From Eledone cirrhosa (lineage: Eukaryota), in the NCBI GenBank assembly GCA_964016885.1, contig OZ024744.1, forward strand, positions 16,864,001-16,928,000: a stretch of DNA of 64,000 nt, written 5' to 3'. Position 1 is the stretch's first letter; the number at the start of each line of letters is the position of its first letter. Below are positions 56,377 through 64,000 of this stretch, in pieces. Under the pieces are notes generated by a model. That model saw only the letters and a list, made by a program, of their open reading frames with translations, ran no database searches and was not told the DNA's origin. The position numbers and the translations under genes are program-made.

Positions 56377-56689
56377 ATCGAACCAACAGAACATAGCTTT
56401 AAATTAGGATACCTACTACCCACAGAAATATATTCATTAAGTATACTATATCCTTCACAAGTCTATACCACACAAATGTCTGTAAGTACCTCATCTACCC
56501 ACAAACTTATTCCTTCTCAGCTGCTGCCATCATTTGATCCTAAATCCTAGTTTTTCTCAAATCACTACTACAATGTAACTTTACCTTCCTTTTGCCATAA
56601 TTACAATTAGCACGCTTATCTCAGTGCATGTATGTATATTTTTGTACGAGTGTATATTGATGTGTATGTATGTGTCTATGTACACATGC

Positions 56690-56856
<167 letters not shown>

Positions 56857-57229
56857 AATATATGCGTATATTACTTCGTTAACCTCTGTATTAACTCAAC
56901 AACTATTTAGCTTTGACAGTGTTGTCCCACTCATGTATACTATTGAAAGTGAAAAGAAAGACTGTAAACACTGGCTTATCTTTATAATTTAAAATTGATA
57001 CACACTTTGATACTCTGTACATGCCAAACTCTTACTTTTGCCTCATGACAGCTAGTTTTACACGCCGTAACGTTAGATACATTATACCCCCCACCTAAGT
57101 AATGTCAGGGTCTCCTCAAATAATTTATTAATAGCATTGTTGTAATTGTTGTTATTGTTCTAATTGAATGCCATTACTACTTCATATAGTAGCCTGTATA
57201 TTCTTTTCTTGCCTATGTATTTTCTTCAT

Positions 57230-57350
57230 TCTCGCATGCTCCGAAGATCTGACTGGTTATAATTTTGTATTGGCGATCGAGTAACGTGAAAATAAGCGAA
57301 TAGCGATCTCTAGACCTATCAGTTCAGAGAAACAATTGTCAGCTATGAGA
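57230..57350 (+). ncRNA. Type I hammerhead ribozyme with extended stem II; predicted cleavage after C57340 (GUC)
   Basis: Stem I TCT.CAT.GCT/AGC.ATG.AGA; core CCGAAGA (U4C variant); stem II TCTGACTG/CAG.TCAGA around a ~60-nt insert; GAAA; palindromic stem III CAATTG; TC. Confidence 0.75.
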
Positions 57351-57569
57351 TTAAAAACCTTTTTTGTATAGCAAACCATGTCAACCTTCTTTCCTGATTT
57401 ATTATTACTCCAAGTGTTTACAACATAGGAATTACGGCATACCCGCAGCATCACTATGAAAACGCCTTGTTGAGTCAAACCAAGCCAAGCGTCAATATCA
57501 TCCACTATCTGGAATACCATAACTGGACTTTACCTAAGTGGACTGCATTTAACTATTATTTGTTACCCC

Positions 57570-57612
<43 letters not shown>

Positions 57613-57740
57613 AAAGTTCTATTTAAAATTGTTGGGATACAACAAGTAAATATTTTTATAACTGATATAAAGCACTCGACAAGTATTTGGAGTAGATATA
57701 CGATATTAATAAATGGAAACTATATTTATAAAACCATATT

Positions 57741-57805
57741 TATTTCATTATACATATTTCAGGGATACCAAATTAAATTATGGTATGCCTTCATCAGACA
57801 AAATA
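57741..57805 (-). ncRNA. Type I hammerhead ribozyme (inverted copy of 59507-59571)
   Basis: Reverse complement of the motif at 59507-59571. Confidence 0.85.
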
Positions 57806-59203
57806 CAATATATAACAGTTTTACAAATAAGCTTTGACGTACCCTTTTAAAATGCAACCATTATTTTTGGAAGCCATCTGGATAGTGAGTTGTTTATATT
57901 ATTTTAATAAGTCATAGTGTTAAGGACAATTAGAAAAAGACGGAGAGAAAGAAAAAGACGGAGAGAGAGAGAAAGAAAAAACGAGAGAAAGAAAAATCGG
58001 AGAGAGAGAAATGCATGGAGAAAAAAGAGAAAAAAGAAAAAAAGAAAAAAGAAAGATATAAATAAAGACAGAAGAAAAGAAAGAAAAAAGAAAAAAAAGG
58101 AAGAAATAAGAAAAACAGAGGAAAGCAACAGAGAGATATTAAGTCATCAGATAGAAAAACTCAAGAGAGATAAATATTATATAGAGAGAGGGGGAGATAA
58201 TGAAAACTTTACGTCATGTCTTGTTAAGTTGAGTTAACAATTTATATGAAATGAATAATAAAAATATAAATATTAATATTCATGAATGGGACATAAATAT
58301 ATAATATGAGAAATTAAACATTGTTTAATAATGACTATATGTTTAGTTTAAAACTTGAGATCAATATACCAAAATTTGGGTTTAATCATCCAAAATGTAC
58401 ACATTGCTAGAGAAATCAGTATCTTAGGCAAAGACACACAAATATATGTATATATATGCACGTCCTGAAAATAGAAATTATATTTACTCAAGTCAACAAT
58501 ATAGACATACAAAACGCAGACGATTTCTCTTAATCTCTGCTATACATTCCTTGTGTTATAAAAAGTTCACAGTATATATACATAAATATATACGAATAAC
58601 ATTCATGTCTTCATATATACGATTACCATTCATGCATTTAACATTCTGTTAAAATTATGCATATCTGCAATCAAAACTGCGTGGTTAGGCAACATATCTC
58701 TTACCCACACACATACATATACATATATATATACACATATATATGTATAAATAAATATTTGCGTGCGTCTTCCCGCATCGCTCATGTATACATACAGACA
58801 TATATACAATCATGAAAAACCTATAACACTTTTATATGTATGTTAATACACACATACACATTTGTATAGAGATAATCAAATATACATATTTTACTAAGGA
58901 TTATACTTTGGAAATATAATTATAACAATATAAATTTAAAATACCAAAGGATTATATTTTGGAAATACAATTATATCAGTTAGTCGAAAGGACAAACGAA
59001 TTCTAGAAATATCAAAGCATTAAATATCTTTAAAACACTATAGAGTATCTTAAATTAAAATAATATGTTTCATATATTTAGTATAGAAATTTATGCTACG
59101 TATATTTTAATCAAGATATTGAAAGGGTAGACCTATGAAAATTTTGAGAAGCTATCAGAATCAAAACAAAACTAATAAAAATAAAACTAATAAAAATAAA
59201 TAA

Positions 59204-59260
59204 AAATAAAAATAAAAATAAAAATAAAAATAAAAATAAAAATAAAAATAAAAATAAAAT
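59204..59260. repeat. (TAAAA)n pentanucleotide repeat
   Basis: Directly visible. Confidence 0.9.
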
Positions 59261-59506
59261 TTAAATAAATATTATATCAATATAATTTAAAAATCTAAAA
59301 ATTTAAAAATTTAAAAAATTTAAAAAATGCATTTCTCTCCGATATTTCACCACGTTTTTTCTTTCTCTCCGTCTTTTTCTAATTGTCCTTAACACTATGA
59401 CTTATTAAAATATAATAAACAACTCACTATCCAGATGGCTTCCAAAAATAATGGTTGCATTTTAAAAGGGTACGTCAAAGCTTATTTGTAAAACTGTTAT
59501 ATATTG

Positions 59507-59571
59507 TATTTTGTCTGATGAAGGCATACCATAATTTAATTTGGTATCCCTGAAATATGTATAATGAAATA
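59507..59571 (+). ncRNA. Type I hammerhead ribozyme; predicted cleavage after A59563 (AUA)
   Basis: TATTTTGT-CTGATGA-AGG.ATACCA/TGGTAT.CCT-GAAA-TATGTA-TA-ATGAAATA: 8-bp stem I with 2 G:U pairs. Confidence 0.85.
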
Positions 59572-59611
59572 AATATGGTTGTATAAATATAGTTTCCATT
59601 TATTAATATCG

Positions 59612-59685
<74 letters not shown>

Positions 59686-59741
59686 AATGTATGTATGTTT
59701 GTATATATGTATATACGTGTATGTGTGTGTATGTGTATGTA

Positions 59742-59781
<40 letters not shown>

Positions 59782-59851
59782 TATATGTATATGTGCGTGT
59801 GTGTGTGCGTATAGGTGTGTATATATATATATATATGTGTGTATATGTATA

Positions 59852-59899
<48 letters not shown>

Positions 59900-60010
59900 A
59901 GTGTATATATATATATATGTATATATATGTATATATATATATATATGTATGTATGTGTGTGTGTATATGTATATATATGTGTGTATATATATATATATAT
60001 ACGCACATAT

Positions 60011-60042
<32 letters not shown>

Positions 60043-60043
60043 A

Positions 60044-60076
<33 letters not shown>

Positions 60077-60173
60077 GTATGTATATGTATGTGTGTATAT
60101 ATATGTGTGTATGTTTGTATATGTATGTATGTATATGTATGTGTGTGTATGTATGTGTATATTTATATATTTA

Positions 60174-60239
<66 letters not shown>

Positions 60240-60245
60240 TATATA

Positions 60246-60295
<50 letters not shown>

Positions 60296-60296
60296 T
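59612..60296. repeat. Compound (TA)n/(TG)n microsatellite
   Basis: Directly visible. Confidence 0.95.
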
Positions 60297-60395
60297 AAAA
60301 TATTAAACAAATAATGAATAAACAATGAGACAGTTCCTTATATTAAACAAAAGGAACTGTCTCATTGTTTATTCATTATTTGTTTAATATTTTAT
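60295..60395. repeat. Perfect 45-bp inverted repeat with 11-nt loop, abutting (TA)n
   Basis: 60295-60339 is the reverse complement of 60351-60395. Confidence 0.92.
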
Positions 60396-60526
60396 CTTGA
60401 CTCTGTATACCGTTTATCTTTCACCGAAAGTGATTTTTCATTACATCTCTTCTTTCCATGATATCCGGAATACATTGAGTTCTTCATACGGATTGGACAC
60501 TACCGTAAACTCTTGGTAGATTTATC

Positions 60527-60800
<274 letters not shown>

Positions 60801-61010
60801 ATGAATTTACATATCTAGTAACATATATATACACAGATGCATATTTATGCTAGCAAATATATAGGTTTTGTCTTAGTAACTTTGTGGTTCAATGCATGGG
60901 ATGCAGAACAATAATATGAGAGACGTAAAATAAGAAAATTATAAAATTAACTTACTTACTAAAATTTTAGTAAGTTAATTTTATAATTTTCTTATTTTAC
61001 GTCTCTCATA
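60801..61010 (-). mobile_element. Diverged partial copy of the 61831-62516 element ending in a fold-back palindrome (60915-61010)
   Basis: Shares ATGCTAGCAAAT, GTGGTTCAATGCA, GATGCAGAACAAT and GACGTAAAATAAGAAAATT with 61831-61978. Palindrome centred on AAAA/TTTT at 60961-60968. Confidence 0.8.
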
Positions 61011-61830
<820 letters not shown>

Positions 61831-62516
61831 TAGAGAATTAGTATATTTACCAACATATGCGTACAGATGTACACTAATGCTAGCAAATACATAAGTTACG
61901 TCATAGTACCTAGGTGGTTCAATGCAGGAGGATGCAGAACAATTATATGAAAGACGTAAAATAAGAAAATTAAAAAAAAATTGTTCTGCATCCTCCTGCA
62001 TTGGACCACCTAGGTACTATGACATAACTTATGTATTTGCTAGCATTAGTGTACATATGTACGCATATGTTGGTAAATATACTAATTCTCTATATTTATC
62101 TCCAAATTATTTATTTGTTGAGCAAACCTGCCAAATCCACTACTAACTCATTGTAGTGGTAGTAGGCTTTTGTCATAATACCATCCCACTCCTTCCGACT
62201 AGCCTCAGTGTCACGTGATTGATTCTTTAGAATCTGCCATTTGACCAGAGACAGTGAACTTTTTCAGTGCTTTGGAATTTAGTCCCCGCTAGCTGTTCCA
62301 TCCACCTAATTATTATTATTTTTATTTCAGTCCCTAGTGTCCGCGCATTGCCTGGAGACTTAGCTGAGAATAGACTTCCTGATGACGTAATGAATTCTCG
62401 ACGATTACATTGCGTAACTATCTTTATCCCATTACAGAAACTAATTAGTTGGAGTGAAAATTTTAGTAAGTTAATTTTTAATTTTTAAAATTTTCTTATT
62501 TTACGTCTTTCACATA
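61831..62516 (+). mobile_element. Non-coding hammerhead-bearing element (retrozyme/non-autonomous PLE-like) with 114-bp fold-back 5' end
   Basis: Inverted arms 61831-61944/61979-62092 (3 mismatches); hammerhead at 62374-62455; post-cleavage sequence repeated (inverted) in the hairpin loop; (TA)n on both sides; no credible ORF. Confidence 0.75.
62374..62455 (+). ncRNA. Type I hammerhead ribozyme; predicted cleavage after U62450 (GUU)
   Basis: ACTTC-CTGATGA-C-GTAATG...CATTAC-A-GAAA-CTAATTAG-TT-GGAGT: palindromic stem III, 37-nt loop II. Confidence 0.85.
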
Positions 62517-62530
62517 TGTATATATGTATG

Positions 62531-62625
<95 letters not shown>

Positions 62626-62748
62626 ATGTGTAAGTATATATATATATTTATATATATATGTATATATATGTGTGTATATGTATGTATATATGTGTGTATG
62701 TATGTATATATATGTGTATATATATATGTATATGTATGTGTATGTATG

Positions 62749-62809
<61 letters not shown>

Positions 62810-62844
62810 GTGTATATATATATACTTATTTATATATATATATA

Positions 62845-62877
<33 letters not shown>

Positions 62878-62900
62878 GTGTGTATGTATATGTGGGTGTG
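62517..62900. repeat. Compound (TA)n/(TG)n microsatellite
   Basis: Directly visible. Confidence 0.95.
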
Positions 62901-63352
62901 TCTATGGGTGCGCGCGAGTGTGTGAGTGAGTGTGTTTTGTGAATGTGTCTGTTGATTTTGGCATATAGTTGAATAGTTTAAGAGAAATTTGGGGACAATT
63001 GTAAGATATGCACTCAATATTTTGAATTTGTCTACAGAATTCTCTAAACCTTTGTCACTTAGTAAAGAATTTAGCTTTTAAAGAATCTCCCTTTCCTTTC
63101 AATCTATCTACCATGACTGACCCCCACTGATTTTATAGACACCTGTTAGCTTAATAAGGATTGGCATGCCATCCTGAACCTGTTTATAGAATTATTTCTG
63201 CCTTTGTTACTCTAAATATAAAAATAAACTATAGCTTTGTAGAATTAACTTTTAAAGAATTCTATCAACCAATGACCTACACCCATCCCACTTCCCACCC
63301 TCTCCTACCACTTGTAGAGACCTATATATACCATAATTATTTTTTGATAAAC

Positions 63353-63508
<156 letters not shown>

Positions 63509-63558
63509 GAAATAAAGTTAAATAAAAATCAAATGATTAAAATTTAGCTCCGTTTATT

Positions 63559-63613
63559 ACTGCTATATATATTTCAGTGACAGCCATCTTTGGCTGTGAC
63601 CTCTTCAGGCAGT
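63559..63613 (-). ncRNA. Type I hammerhead ribozyme; predicted cleavage between 63564 and 63563 (AUA)
   Basis: Minus strand ACTGC-CTGAAGA-GGT.ACAGCCA-AAGA-TGGCTGT.ACT-GAAA-TATATA-TA-GCAGT: all three stems intact. Confidence 0.92.
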
Positions 63614-63668
63614 TTGAATTAGTATGGTATAGACAAGTACATATGTTGTTTAAAACTGTTATATATTG

Positions 63669-63733
63669 TATTTTGTCTGATGAAGGCATACCATAATGTA
63701 ACTTGGTATCCTTGAAATATATATAATGAAATA
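63669..63733 (+). ncRNA. Type I hammerhead ribozyme, third copy of the 59507 family; predicted cleavage after A63725
   Basis: TATTTTGT-CTGATGA-AGGCATACCA...TGGTATCCTT-GAAA-TATATA-TA-ATGAAATA, within homology block 63651-63772. Confidence 0.85.
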
Positions 63734-63771
63734 AATATGGTTTTATAAATATAGTTTCCATTTATTAATAT

Positions 63772-63822
<51 letters not shown>

Positions 63823-63907
63823 TCCAGTATTGGCAGTCCTGTATACAGATACTAACAATACAGGAATTGAACCATCAAGACAGTTGAGGTATGTCATACA
63901 TCAATTC

Positions 63908-63980
63908 ATATATTTTATCTGATGAGGACGTACTGGAAAAACAGCACAGTAACTCCGAAATATATATAAAAAAACATATA
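63908..63980 (+). ncRNA. Type I hammerhead ribozyme; predicted cleavage after A63968 (AUA)
   Basis: ATATTTTAT-CTGATGA-GGA.TACTG...CAGTA.TCC-GAAA-TATATA-TA-AAAAAACATAT: stem I AU-rich with 2 mismatches. Confidence 0.8.
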
Positions 63981-64000
63981 TTTTGATTATGTGAATGTCT

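Larger units (their letters stand above)
57701..59611. repeat. 256-bp near-perfect inverted repeat (57701-57956 / 59356-59611) around a 1.4-kb AT-rich spacer
   Basis: Arms are reverse complements with one mismatch noted; each carries a hammerhead. Confidence 0.9.

Noticed and set aside
57040-57078. CTCATGA...GCCGTAACGTTAG as a decayed hammerhead
   Set aside because: Needs at least three changes in core and stem II, and has no stem I.
57904-58237. Lys/Arg-rich and Phe-rich ORFs
   Set aside because: Both strands of a purine-rich low-complexity tract.

Overview
Eukaryotic, gene-free, repeat-dominated DNA, probably from an octopod cephalopod (inferred from a recognisable SINE and the extreme (TA)n load). 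Bases 1-47.8 kb are a tandem array of about 700 copies of a 60-bp, palindrome-rich satellite. Its core is homogenised into higher-order repeats (87-, 22- and 38-mers), and its minus strand reads as an open Cys-rich 20-aa repeat. A young CsRn1/Kabuki-type Ty3/Gypsy LTR retrotransposon interrupts the array at 1421-6797 (minus strand). It has 264-bp LTRs, a GTAC target duplication, a tRNA-Trp-like PBS, a -1 frameshift signal and two integrase lesions. Bases 47.8-64 kb are (TA)n/(TG)n microsatellite studded with retroelement pieces: RTE-type LINE fragments (one 5'-inverted), a SINE, and a decayed Penelope-like element (RT plus C-terminal GIY-YIG). The strongest signal is eight well-formed type I hammerhead ribozyme motifs between 57.2 and 64 kb, plus weaker ones upstream. 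They lie in short (TA)n-flanked modules, several with fold-back inverted ends that begin at or near the predicted self-cleavage site. One module is an ORF-less, terminally redundant unit of about 540 nt resembling a retrozyme. All RNA folds and family assignments were made by eye and need computational and experimental confirmation.
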